A stretch of 32,000 nt of DNA from an uncultured Erysipelotrichaceae bacterium (GTDB lineage Bacteria > Bacillota_I > Bacilli_A > Erysipelotrichales > Erysipelotrichaceae). A program made the position numbers and the translations under genes. The stretch lies in the NCBI GenBank assembly GCA_942493105.1, contig OW818668.1, positions 1,170,001 to 1,202,000 of the forward strand, written 5' to 3'. This document shows positions 8,708 to 18,269 of the stretch, piece after piece. Numbering within the stretch: position 1 is the stretch's first letter; each line of letters opens with the position of its first letter. The notes under the pieces were generated by a model. The model was given only the letters and a program-made list of their open reading frames with translations, searched no databases and was not told the origin of the DNA.

Positions 8708-9722
8708 ATAGACTATATTTAGATTGTTCTTTTTTAAATCGTTCGATTAAGGTATCACAATACGCATCAAAAGCAGGTTCTTCGACTTTTAATTCAGGAT
8801 GATCCTGCATATATTGAAGGAATCTGTGAAGTCCTTCTTCTAAGGATATTTGAGGATTAAAATCAGGGACAAGATGTTTTAGCTTAGAAATGTCATAGAT
8901 ACAAGAAAACATTTTATCACCTTGTATTGATGTTAAGAAATCAAACGATGTGCTTTGGGCTAAGATCGTTGAAGGAATATAAACTGGCTTAAAACTAACT
9001 TTCAAAGCTTTGGCTAAGATTCTATAAACATCATTAAAGGTATGGCTTGCTGGATTCATGATCTGTATGATTTCTCCGATCGTATCAGGGTGATTAATCA
9101 ATGGAATAAATCCCTTCGCGAAATCATCCGCATGGGTTGAAGCCCAAACCGATTCACCATCCCCATGGATGATGACTTCTTTACCTTGGATCATGCGTTG
9201 GATAACTGGCCAACAGCTATTGCCTTTGATACTTAACGGAATGCGATGTTCACTGTATGTTTGCGATGGTCTGACGATCGTAATTGGGAAACCGCTCTTT
9301 TTATATGTAATTAGGAATACTTCTTCAGCAGCGGCTTTATTTCTTCCGTATAGGCTAAAACGATTGCCTTTGGGAGATTGTTCATTGATGTTGAGGGACT
9401 GTTCATGATCGAGACAAGCAACAGTGCTGATGAAGATAAACTGCTTGGTGATCTTTTTGAATAAGTCGATTCTTTGGTAAGCTTGATCAGGGGTGAAAAT
9501 GATAAAGTCGATGATGCAATCAAATGTTCGATCGATCAGAAGCTCTTGGATAGAGTGGGTAGAACTCATATCACCAATCAAGACTTCAATTCTCGGATCT
9601 AGTTTTTCATTATGATGACCGCGATTGATCAGAGTCAACCTAACTTCAGGATCGTTGGCTAAAGTTTGCGTAATGGGTGTTGAAATCGTTCCTGTGCCAC
9701 CGATGATAAGGATCTTTCTCAT
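8706..9722 (-). CDS. NAD(P)-dependent epimerase/dehydratase (extended SDR) family protein
   Basis: 338 aa with the N-terminal Rossmann motif ILIIGGTGTIS. The start overlaps the punA stop by ATGA. Confidence 0.8.
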   Translation of the reverse strand: MRKILIIGGTGTISTPITQTLANDPEVRLTLINRGHHNEKLDPRIEVLIGDMSSTHSIQELLIDRTFDCIIDFIIFTPDQAYQRIDLFKKITKQFIFISTVACLDHEQSLNINEQSPKGNRFSLYGRNKAAAEEVFLITYKKSGFPITIVRPSQTYSEHRIPLSIKGNSCWPVIQRMIQGKEVIIHGDGESVWASTHADDFAKGFIPLINHPDTIGEIIQIMNPASHTFNDVYRILAKALKVSFKPVYIPSTILAQSTSFDFLTSIQGDKMFSCIYDISKLKHLVPDFNPQISLEEGLHRFLQYMQDHPELKVEEPAFDAYCDTLIERFKKEQSKYSL

Positions 9723-10531
9723 GTGAGGTTTTCCAGTAGTTGCAATAATAACTTTTCAAGTCGGATGGCTGCTTTATTGGCCATATCGACGACACGATGA
9801 TGATCATGTTTAACTTTTTGAATGCCGGTAGCCATATTGGTCACGACCGCAAAAGCCAACACCTTAATTCCAGCATGATTGGCTGCGATGGTTTCTGGAA
9901 CCGTGCTCATCCCAACCAAGTCAGCTCCCATGATTTTAGCCGCTTGAATTTCAGCTCGAGTTTCATAATAAGGACCACTGAAATGCGCATAAATACCTTC
10001 TTGGATCGAAGGATCCAGTGCCTTTACTTTATTGATCAAATCAAATGAATAAGGCTCACTCATATCTGGAAAGCGGGGTCCCAATGATTCATCATTGACT
10101 CCAATCAATGGATTGATCCAAACCATATTGATAAAATCTTGAATCAATACAATATCTCCTGGTTGATAATGTTCATTGATGCCACCACAGGCATTGGTCA
10201 AAATCAAGGTTTCAACCCCAAGTGCTTTAAGGACATAGATTGGAAAGACCACCTCTTTCATACTGTACCCTTCATAGAAATGAAAACGTCCTTGAAGCAT
10301 CACCACATCTTTGCCTTTAAGTTTTCCAAACACAAGTTGTCCTTTATGTCCAACGACTGTAGATTGTGGGAAATAAGGCAGATCTGCATAAGGGAAGATT
10401 TGTTGGTCAGTTGCTTCATCGACCAGATTTCCTAAACCAGTTCCTAAAACACAGGCAATCTTGGGACTTGTTTTGATCCGATCTTTTAAATAGGTTGCAC
10501 ATTCATTTATCTTTTCTTTATAGTTTTCCAT
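9719..10531 (-). CDS. punA: Purine nucleoside phosphorylase (PunA type)
   Basis: 270 aa. GHKGQLVFGKL...LQGRFHFYEGYSM and GMSTVPE motifs. TATAAT plus SD AGAGGAAA upstream. Confidence 0.9.
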   Translation of the reverse strand: MENYKEKINECATYLKDRIKTSPKIACVLGTGLGNLVDEATDQQIFPYADLPYFPQSTVVGHKGQLVFGKLKGKDVVMLQGRFHFYEGYSMKEVVFPIYVLKALGVETLILTNACGGINEHYQPGDIVLIQDFINMVWINPLIGVNDESLGPRFPDMSEPYSFDLINKVKALDPSIQEGIYAHFSGPYYETRAEIQAAKIMGADLVGMSTVPETIAANHAGIKVLAFAVVTNMATGIQKVKHDHHRVVDMANKAAIRLEKLLLQLLENLT

Positions 10532-10571
10532 GGTTTCCTCTTGCCTTCATTATACTAAATATTCATATTAC

Positions 10572-10599
10572 TTGACGATTTATCATCTTTGCTTATGAT
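10572..10599 (+). promoter_or_regulatory. Sigma-70-type promoter for the cytochrome-b5-like lipoprotein gene
   Basis: TTGACG (10572..10577), 16-nt spacer, TATGAT (10594..10599). SD AAGGAG follows. Confidence 0.55.
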
Positions 10600-10622
10600 G
10601 TTCACAAGGAGTTTGAACACAA

Positions 10623-10943
10623 ATGATCAAAAGATATATTTTTATAGGATTTATAGTTGTATTGACCTTGGGTTTAGTATCTTGTACAAAGGCCAATCCT
10701 AATCCCCCAGGAACACAAGTATTTACGGTTGTAGAATTAGCTCAGTATAATGGTTTAAACGGCTCCAAAGCCTATGTAGCGGTCAATGGGGTTGTTTATG
10801 ATGTTTCAAATGTTCCACAGTGGAATAGTGGAGCTCACAATGGTTTGCATGCAGGACAAGATCTTAGCTCGGCCATCAATTCAGCCCCACATGGAAGTAG
10901 TGTATTAAAGAATCTTAAGATTGTAGGGTCCTTAGTCAAATAA
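10623..10943 (+). CDS. Cytochrome b5-like heme/steroid-binding domain lipoprotein
   Basis: 106 aa with lipobox LVSC. FTVVELAQYNG..AYVAVNGVVYDVS...HAGQDLS...PHG matches the Cyt-b5/MAPR-like fold signature. Confidence 0.75.
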   Translation: MIKRYIFIGFIVVLTLGLVSCTKANPNPPGTQVFTVVELAQYNGLNGSKAYVAVNGVVYDVSNVPQWNSGAHNGLHAGQDLSSAINSAPHGSSVLKNLKIVGSLVK

Positions 10944-10961
10944 CTGCGCAAGCAGTTTTTT
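10942..10961 (+). terminator. Rho-independent terminator
   Basis: AACTGC-GCAA-GCAGTT hairpin followed by TTTTT. It overlaps the stop codon. Confidence 0.7.
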
Positions 10962-11033
10962 ATATGAGGGGTATAAACCATCTTAACTTTGGCTTAACAT
11001 AAAGCGTGATATGATGAAAACAGAGGAACCCCA

Positions 11034-12248
11034 ATGCTGAAAAAAATAGGAATGACCTTTCTAAGTTTGATCTTAGTGAGTGGATGTACGACCTCATCGA
11101 TCAAGAACTTATCCAAAACAACTGGCTCTTTAAAATTAGCTCAGTCTGCACAGTTAGATCCTGACCTTATCAAAGGGATCAATGATCTTGCGTTTAAGTT
11201 ACAAGATAAGAATCCTAGTGAAAATGAATTCATGTCAGCCTTAAGTATTTATTTGGCTTTGGCGATGACTTCTCATGGAACTGCCAATGCAAGCTATGAT
11301 CAATTCATGGATTTGCTTAATCCTAATGATCTTGATCAAACTGAATGGTTAAGTCAACTCAGAGATCTGCAAGGCAATCTCAATGCCTCTAGAGAAGTTA
11401 AGATCGCTTTATCCAATTCTTTATGGATCAGAGATGCTTTTGCGAAACAAGTCAAAGCAGACTTCTTAAAGCGCAATGAGACCTATTTTGGTGCCATGGT
11501 CGCTGCTTTAGATTTTGATTCGCCATCCGCTGTTGACGACATCAATACATGGGTCAAAAAGAATACCAATAAACTGATTGAAAAAACACTAGATCAGATC
11601 AATCCTTCTACGATCATGTTTTTAATCAATACAATCTATTTCAAGGGAGATTGGGTCAATCCCTTTGATAAAAACAAGACCACTGATCGAACCTTCTATG
11701 GGATCACTGAAGAGCATGTTAAATTTATGAATCAAATTGGTTCTTACTTGTATCACGAAGGGGAGGATCATCAATCTGTTTTATTGCCTTATGAAAGCAA
11801 TAAAGTAGGCATGTTGATCGTGATGGGCAACCAAGGACAGGTTGTGGTTGATTCATCAGAGACCTTTAAAGCTGAACTTGAAGCCTTGAAGAGTACCCGT
11901 ATTACACTGCGTTTACCAAAAGTTGACATTGCGACAAAGAGGATCCTCAATGAAGATCTGATCAAATTAGGATTAAGTGATCCATTTGATGCCTCAAAAG
12001 CAGATTTCTCAAATTTAGCTGACGCTGATTTATTCATCAGCCAAGTCTTACATAAAGCAAGACTCTTGATCGATGAAGAAGGCACTGAAGCTGCTGCTGT
12101 AACTTCAGTTTCCATAGATACAACATCCATTGAAATCACAGATTATGAAATGAGTATCGATCATCCGTTCCAAGTCTTCATCGTAGATTTAGAGCAGAAT
12201 TTGATCTTATTTAGTGGATATCTCAATGATGTCCAGGCTTCTGAATGA
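11034..12248 (+). CDS. Serpin-family serine protease inhibitor, predicted lipoprotein
   Basis: 404 aa with lipobox LVSGC. Serpin hinge/RCL EEGTEAAAVTSVS followed by the DHPFQVFI beta-strand signature. SD AGAGGAA. Confidence 0.85.
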   Translation: MLKKIGMTFLSLILVSGCTTSSIKNLSKTTGSLKLAQSAQLDPDLIKGINDLAFKLQDKNPSENEFMSALSIYLALAMTSHGTANASYDQFMDLLNPNDLDQTEWLSQLRDLQGNLNASREVKIALSNSLWIRDAFAKQVKADFLKRNETYFGAMVAALDFDSPSAVDDINTWVKKNTNKLIEKTLDQINPSTIMFLINTIYFKGDWVNPFDKNKTTDRTFYGITEEHVKFMNQIGSYLYHEGEDHQSVLLPYESNKVGMLIVMGNQGQVVVDSSETFKAELEALKSTRITLRLPKVDIATKRILNEDLIKLGLSDPFDASKADFSNLADADLFISQVLHKARLLIDEEGTEAAAVTSVSIDTTSIEITDYEMSIDHPFQVFIVDLEQNLILFSGYLNDVQASE

Positions 12249-12253
12249 ATGTT

Positions 12254-12285
12254 AAGTTTCGGTTAAAACCGAAACTTTTCTTTTC
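12254..12285 (+). terminator. Rho-independent terminator after the serpin gene
   Basis: 9-bp stem AAGTTTCGG/CCGAAACTT, loop TTAAAA, then a T-rich tail. Confidence 0.8.
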
Positions 12286-12317
12286 AGTTAACAAAGTTGG
12301 GCGTATAATTATAAAGT

Positions 12318-12881
12318 ATGAAAAAAAACATCACCCTTATTGACCTGTTTTGGTCCTTCTTTAAAATAAACTTAGTTACTTTTGGTGGCGGTTTTGTGAT
12401 CATGCCAATCATTAAGAAGACTTTTGTTGAACATAAAAAAGTTCTGGATGAACAAGACATGATTGATTTGATTGCCTTGGCTCAATCCATACCTGGGGCT
12501 ATGGCCATCAATACATCGATGTTGGTCGGTCATCGTTTAAGAGGACTTAAAGGGGCACTGATCAGTATGATTGGGGCAGCTCTTCCGCCTTTGATCGTTA
12601 TCTCTGTCATCTCTTTTTTCTATACGGCATTTCAAACCAATCCTTATGTATTGGCTGCACTAAGAGGCATGCGTGGTGCAGTAACGGCAGTTATGATCGT
12701 TGCGGCTTATTCAATGATGCAGACCGTCTTAAAAACAAACATCGTTTTCTCAGTCATCATGATGATTTCAGCATTTTTGATTGCCTACTTAACCAATATT
12801 TCTGTAGGTTACTTAATGTTGAGTGCCGGAATCATCGGTTATTTAACTTTTACATTTTTAATTAAGCAGGTGAACTCATGA
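12318..12881 (+). CDS. Chromate transporter family protein (short-chain CHR, first half-size subunit)
   Basis: 187 aa. FFKINLVTFGGGFVIMPII motif typical of ChrA. It is paired with a second half-size paralog. Confidence 0.85.
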   Translation: MKKNITLIDLFWSFFKINLVTFGGGFVIMPIIKKTFVEHKKVLDEQDMIDLIALAQSIPGAMAINTSMLVGHRLRGLKGALISMIGAALPPLIVISVISFFYTAFQTNPYVLAALRGMRGAVTAVMIVAAYSMMQTVLKTNIVFSVIMMISAFLIAYLTNISVGYLMLSAGIIGYLTFTFLIKQVNS

Positions 12882-13444
12882 GTGTGATCTTTGAACTGTT
12901 CATCGCTTTTGTATCGATTGGGGTCTCTGCCTTTGGGGGTGGATATGCGGTCATGCCACTGATCCAACACTATATTGTAGAACAACACGCATGGATCAGT
13001 ATGATCGAATTGGCGGATATTACATCGATTTCACAGATGACTCCTGGTCCCATCTTGGTCAATGCGGCTACTTTCGTAGGGATCAAAGTTGCGGGTATCT
13101 TTGGAGGTATCATCGCAACCTTCGGATCAGTTTTACCATCATTTATCTTCGTCATTATTTTGGGCATGATCTTTGAAAGACATGGCAAGCTTGATTTCAT
13201 TCAAAACATCATGAAAGGACTACGTCCTACCATCGTCGGATTGATCTTTTTAGCAGCCTTTACATTAATGTCTTCTTCATTGTTTAATGATGCATTGCCT
13301 TGGATTTCCAATCAGATCGATATCGTTGCCTCCATTTCATTTATTGTGGTTTTACTTTTAAGCATCAAAACTAAATTAGATACCGTGGCTTTGGTTGGCA
13401 TTGGGGCAGTTATAGGTTTAGTGATGATGTTTTTACCATTTTAA
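12878..13444 (+). CDS. Chromate transporter family protein (short-chain CHR, second half-size subunit)
   Basis: 188 aa. IGVSAFGGGYAVMPLI motif. ATGA overlap with the upstream subunit. Confidence 0.85.
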   Translation: MSVIFELFIAFVSIGVSAFGGGYAVMPLIQHYIVEQHAWISMIELADITSISQMTPGPILVNAATFVGIKVAGIFGGIIATFGSVLPSFIFVIILGMIFERHGKLDFIQNIMKGLRPTIVGLIFLAAFTLMSSSLFNDALPWISNQIDIVASISFIVVLLLSIKTKLDTVALVGIGAVIGLVMMFLPF

Positions 13445-13495
13445 TGGTATTTCAAATAAATAGAGTACAATAAATCCAAGACTTTGGAGAAACAC

Positions 13496-14506
13496 ATGAA
13501 TCAACTTTTTATACCTGAACACTATGATCATCCTTTGGATATCAGAGAAACTGAAATCGCTATTAAATTCATCAAGGATTTCTTTGAGCACGATCTTGCG
13601 AAACAATTGAACTTGACGCGGGTGTCTGCACCTTTATTCGTCAAAAAGAATACTGGGCTTAATGATGATCTTAATGGGATTGAAAGACCGGTTGCTTTTG
13701 AAGTCAAGTCCTTGGATAATGCGGTCGTAGAAGTGGTTCATTCCTTAGCAAAATGGAAAAGAATGGCTTTAAAACGCTATGGATTTAAGGTCGGTGAAGG
13801 TCTTTATACCGATATGAATGCGATCCGTCGTGATGAAGACATCGATAATTTACATTCGATCTATGTGGACCAATGGGATTGGGAAAAAAACATCACCAAG
13901 GATCAAAGAAACATGGATACCTTAAGAGAAACAGTACGACACATTTATAATGTGTTAAAAGATACAGAAGTAGCAGTTTATCGTCGGTATTTTCAACTGA
14001 AGCCAATATTACCTAACGATATCTTTTTTATTACAACTCAAGAACTTGAAGATCGTTATCCTGATTTAAGTCCAAAAGAACGTGAAGATGCGATCTGTCT
14101 TGAGAAAAAAGCGGTGTTCATCATGAAGATCGGAGACTTATTAAAGTCAGGCATCAAACATGATGGCAGAGCCCCAGACTATGATGATTGGACCCTAAAT
14201 GGCGACATCGTAGTTTATAATCCAGTATTAAGCCGTTCTTTTGAATTGTCTTCCATGGGCATTCGGGTCGATGAACAAGCACTTGATGAACAACTCAATA
14301 AAGCCAATGCCAATGATCGTAGAGTCCTTCCATTTCATAAAGAGCTTTTAGAAGGGCGTTTACCTTACTCTATGGGTGGCGGTATCGGACAATCTCGACT
14401 CTGTATGTTTTTCTTAAAGAAGGCTCATATTGGGGAAGTTCAAGCCTCGGTATGGTCGGATGAACTTGATGAAGCATGCATGAGTGCTAAGATCAAACTG
14501 CTTTAA
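13496..14506 (+). CDS. asnA: Aspartate--ammonia ligase (asparagine synthetase A)
   Basis: [36 protein letters not shown] and GGGIGQSRL motifs. The start is moved from the TTG at 13484 to the ATG at 13496, which has GGAGA 5 nt upstream. Confidence 0.93.
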   Translation: MNQLFIPEHYDHPLDIRETEIAIKFIKDFFEHDLAKQLNLTRVSAPLFVKKNTGLNDDLNGIERPVAFEVKSLDNAVVEVVHSLAKWKRMALKRYGFKVGEGLYTDMNAIRRDEDIDNLHSIYVDQWDWEKNITKDQRNMDTLRETVRHIYNVLKDTEVAVYRRYFQLKPILPNDIFFITTQELEDRYPDLSPKEREDAICLEKKAVFIMKIGDLLKSGIKHDGRAPDYDDWTLNGDIVVYNPVLSRSFELSSMGIRVDEQALDEQLNKANANDRRVLPFHKELLEGRLPYSMGGGIGQSRLCMFFLKKAHIGEVQASVWSDELDEACMSAKIKLL

Positions 14507-14536
14507 TTATTAATCAAAGATAATTCTAAATAAGCG

Positions 14537-14562
14537 AGTAAGTCAAAAGACTTACTTTTTTG
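14537..14562 (+). terminator. Rho-independent terminator after asnA
   Basis: AGTAAGTC-AAAA-GACTTACT hairpin followed by TTTTTT. Confidence 0.8.
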
Positions 14563-14661
14563 TATAATATGCCTATATTTGGGGTCAAAACTTGAACCCC
14601 AATTCACCGTAGCACTTGGTATTATTGAAAAGAAGATGATAGTGCTTACACAGGAGGATTT

Positions 14662-15456
14662 ATGCGCATCAACCGACTAAGCCTGTTACATTCATTATTC
14701 TCAGTGTTAAATGATTATCCTCCAGAAGATTCAAATGCTGTATTGGCACTTTACTTTCTGGAACATTATCGGAAATTGTCAGAGCTCAATATCTTTGATG
14801 TGGCGGCAGACTGCTTTGTCTCCAGATCAAGTGTACGACGTTTCTGTCAATCCATCGGGTATGAAAATTTCATTGATTTGAAGACTGAATTCAGAGAGTA
14901 TGATGACCAGATGGCTCATTTTACCCAGCATGTCGAAAAGGATAATTATCGCGAATCTTTGACGAAAGAAATCAATGCGATGATTGCTGAACTTGATCAA
15001 CGGATGAACCATGCTGAAACGGATAAGATGGCAGATCGTATTAAGAATAGCCGTTTTGTGGTGTTTCTAACTTCAGAAACGTCAACGTCTATCATTAGAA
15101 CATTCCAACAATCCATGGTTCTACATGGTAAGATCATCTATTTGATTTCTGATTCCTATACAGAAAACAATTTGCTCAATAAGTTGGATCAACGAGATTA
15201 TCTCATCGTACTATCTGCAACTGGCGTTTTTGCCAAAGCCTGCGAAGATTACATCAAACCCATCAAAGCTTATAAAGCTTTGGTCACGGTCAATCGCGAT
15301 GAAGGTTTTAAATCGCAATATGATCGAGTCTATCATTTAAGTGCCCAAGACAGGAGCCAAGATGGAAGCCTGGTTTATGGCAAATATGGACTGACCTATA
15401 TGTTTGATGTGATTTATGCAACGTATGTCAATAAATATGGAAATAAAGCAGTATAA
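14662..15456 (+). CDS. RpiR/MurR-family transcriptional regulator (HTH_6 + SIS)
   Basis: 264 aa. N-terminal HTH (NIFDVAADCFVSRSSVRRFCQSIGY) and a C-terminal SIS-like domain. SD AGGAGG. Confidence 0.8.
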   Translation: MRINRLSLLHSLFSVLNDYPPEDSNAVLALYFLEHYRKLSELNIFDVAADCFVSRSSVRRFCQSIGYENFIDLKTEFREYDDQMAHFTQHVEKDNYRESLTKEINAMIAELDQRMNHAETDKMADRIKNSRFVVFLTSETSTSIIRTFQQSMVLHGKIIYLISDSYTENNLLNKLDQRDYLIVLSATGVFAKACEDYIKPIKAYKALVTVNRDEGFKSQYDRVYHLSAQDRSQDGSLVYGKYGLTYMFDVIYATYVNKYGNKAV

Positions 15457-15467
15457 GAAAGGTTAAT

Positions 15468-16913
15468 ATGTACTATAAACACGATCCGAAATTCCCCAAG
15501 GGGTTTATGTGGGGCGCTTCTAGCGCTGCCTGGCAAACTGAAGGGGCGGTAAGTGAAGATGGTCGGACACCGGCCATCATCGACCTCAACAGTCAAACTA
15601 AGTTTCCTTATGCAGACAACAGTGTTGCTGCAGATCATTATCATCATTATAAAGAGGATGTTGCCTTGATGGCAGAAGCAGGATTTAGTTCATACCGTTT
15701 CTCGATTTCTTGGTCAAGGATCATCCCAAAGTCTGATGGGGTTGTCAATCCTAAAGGCATAGCATTCTATAACAATTTGATCAATGAACTCATTGCTCAT
15801 AATATTGCCCCAATTGTGACTTTATATCACTATGATATGCCGGTTTGGGTCGATGAAGAGTTGGGTGGTTGGCATGATCGAAAAGTCATTGATGCATTTG
15901 ATCAATATGCAAGAGTTTGTTTCAATGCATTTGGTGATCGCGTTAAATATTGGTTAAGCATCAATGAACAAAACATGCAGATCGTTTATGGAGAATGGTT
16001 AGGCATCAATAAAGGCTGTAAAGATTGGTTTAGAGACAAGTGGGACATCAACCACATCATCAATCTATGCCATGCAAAATCTGTCATTGCCTGTCACGAA
16101 TTGGTTGAGGGTGGCAAAATCGGACCTGTTCCGGGTTATGTACCCATTTATCCGCAAAGTGCCAATCCTAAAGATCAAATCGCTGCGATGAATGCTGAAG
16201 AATTAACAGAAAAAATATGGAATGATCTTTACTTTTATGGTGAATACAACGGTTTCGTTAAAAAATACTGGGAAGAAAATTTGATCTCGGTAGATATTCG
16301 CGAAGGTGATATGGAACTCATCAAAGCAGCTAAGATCGACTTCTTTGCCTTGAATTGCTACAGAAGTAATGTTGCTAAAGATTGTCCACTCGATGAAACA
16401 TTCGTCGAACTTGAACTCAATAAGTCAGGCAAAAAAGGAAATTTCATATATCCGAAATATCCCGGACTTTATGCGTTAGATTCAAATCCTTTCGTTGAAA
16501 CAACAGACTGGGATTGGGAGATCGATCCGATTGCGATGCGCTATATGTTGCGTTATGTTCATGATCACTATCATTTACCAATGATGATCACAGAAAATGG
16601 ATTTGCAGCGCATGAAGATCTTGATCAAAACGGAGAGATCCATGACTTAAAACGCATCGAATTCTTAAGAAATCAAATCTATCAGATCGGATTGGCCATC
16701 GAAGATGGTTGTGATGTCATTGCTTATAATTTGTGGTCATTTACCGATATCCTATCTACTGGAAATGGTATGGCCAAAAGATATGGTTTAGTATTTGTTA
16801 ATACAACAGATGATGATGTTCGTGACTTGAGAAGAGTTAAAAAAGCATCATACAATTGGTATTCCGCATTAATCAAATCCAATGGAACACATTGGGGAAA
16901 AGGAAACTCATGA
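15468..16913 (+). CDS. bglA: GH1 6-phospho-beta-glucosidase
   Basis: 481 aa. GH1 motifs YRFSISWSRI, acid/base LSINEQN, nucleophile ITENG, and C-terminal KRYG typical of phospho-specific enzymes. Confidence 0.9.
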   Translation: MYYKHDPKFPKGFMWGASSAAWQTEGAVSEDGRTPAIIDLNSQTKFPYADNSVAADHYHHYKEDVALMAEAGFSSYRFSISWSRIIPKSDGVVNPKGIAFYNNLINELIAHNIAPIVTLYHYDMPVWVDEELGGWHDRKVIDAFDQYARVCFNAFGDRVKYWLSINEQNMQIVYGEWLGINKGCKDWFRDKWDINHIINLCHAKSVIACHELVEGGKIGPVPGYVPIYPQSANPKDQIAAMNAEELTEKIWNDLYFYGEYNGFVKKYWEENLISVDIREGDMELIKAAKIDFFALNCYRSNVAKDCPLDETFVELELNKSGKKGNFIYPKYPGLYALDSNPFVETTDWDWEIDPIAMRYMLRYVHDHYHLPMMITENGFAAHEDLDQNGEIHDLKRIEFLRNQIYQIGLAIEDGCDVIAYNLWSFTDILSTGNGMAKRYGLVFVNTTDDDVRDLRRVKKASYNWYSALIKSNGTHWGKGNS

Positions 16914-18265
16914 GTAAATATACAGAATTAGCAAAATCTGTTTTATCTGATGTTGGTGGAGTTGAGAATGTTGGTGGGGTCAATCATTGTGCCACACGTT
17001 TACGTTTAACGCTTAATAACGTAGAACAAGTGAATTTGGAAAGTCTAAAGAAGCTCAATGGGGTCATGGGGGTCGTTAGTCGTGGTCAAGAAATACAGCT
17101 GGTTATTGGAACAGATGTAGGAAATCTTTATCAAGAATTCATAAAGTTGGGAAATTTTAAAAAAGGCGGGACAGTCAAAGATGATGGCTCAAAGAATATT
17201 TGGGGCACAGTCATTGATTTCGTTTCTGGGACCTTTGTTCCAATTCTACCGATCTTGGTTGCAGCTGGCTTGGTCAATGCTGTTTTGACTGTCCTAACAA
17301 CTTTCTTTAAATTACCAACGACTTCAGGCACTTATGCTGTCATGAATGCCATCAACGCGGCTGGCTTTGCTTTCTTGCCCATCTTCGTTGGATTCTCAGC
17401 TGCTCGTAAAATCGGACTTAATCCGTTTATGGGCGCTTACTTAGCAGCTATTCTATTGTCTTCAGGCATCAATGGCGTTGCCGGTTTAGATTTCTTAGGC
17501 ATTAAATTTGCCGCTATGAACTATGGTTCATCAGTCTTACCAATCATCTTAGGAGTTGTCTTCATGTATTGGGTCGATAAAGGTGTTGATGCCATTACGC
17601 CCAAGGAAATCAAATTCTTTGCTCGTCCTTTGATTACCATTCTTGTGGTTACCCCGGTCACTTTGATCGCCTTAGGTCCAATCGGTATTTATTTGGGTAA
17701 TTACTTGGCTGCTTTCTTAGTCTTCGTTAATACAAATTTAGGTTGGTTGTCTGTTGGTTTAATGGGTGCTTTAACACCATTCTTGGTTATGACTGGAATG
17801 AATCAAGCTTTGTTCCCACCTGTTATTGCCGCATTTACCAATTTCGGTTATGATGCCTTTGTATTGCCTGGTATGTTGGCAGCCAACGTGGCTGTTGGGG
17901 CTGCAGCTTTAGCTGTCTTTGTTAAATCAAAAAATAAGGATCATAAAGCTTTGGCTTCTTCATCAGGGATTACTGGTATACTAGGCATTACAGAACCTGC
18001 CATCTTTGGTGTCTTGCTGCGCTTCAAAAGACCTTTCATTGGAGCGGTCATCGGTGGTGGTGTCGGAGGTTTATTTGCTGGAATCGTTGGGTTGAAACAA
18101 TATGGAATCGTAGCGCCCGGACTTGCTGCCTTGCCAACTTTCATTGCACCTGATGGTTCTATGAGTAACTTCTATTTAGCGATCGCAACCATTGTGGTAT
18201 CTGTAGTTGTTGCCTTTGCAGCGACTTGGATCTTAGGCTTTGACGATAGCGAAACGATTGAATAA
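16910..18265 (+). CDS. PTS beta-glucoside-family EIIBC component
   Basis: EIIB motif NHCATRLRL followed by a polytopic EIIC. The start is set at the ATG at 16910, which overlaps the bglA stop as ATGA. The 16856 start in the ORF track lies inside bglA. Confidence 0.9.
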   Translation: MSKYTELAKSVLSDVGGVENVGGVNHCATRLRLTLNNVEQVNLESLKKLNGVMGVVSRGQEIQLVIGTDVGNLYQEFIKLGNFKKGGTVKDDGSKNIWGTVIDFVSGTFVPILPILVAAGLVNAVLTVLTTFFKLPTTSGTYAVMNAINAAGFAFLPIFVGFSAARKIGLNPFMGAYLAAILLSSGINGVAGLDFLGIKFAAMNYGSSVLPIILGVVFMYWVDKGVDAITPKEIKFFARPLITILVVTPVTLIALGPIGIYLGNYLAAFLVFVNTNLGWLSVGLMGALTPFLVMTGMNQALFPPVIAAFTNFGYDAFVLPGMLAANVAVGAAALAVFVKSKNKDHKALASSSGITGILGITEPAIFGVLLRFKRPFIGAVIGGGVGGLFAGIVGLKQYGIVAPGLAALPTFIAPDGSMSNFYLAIATIVVSVVVAFAATWILGFDDSETIE

Positions 18266-18269
18266 ACAC

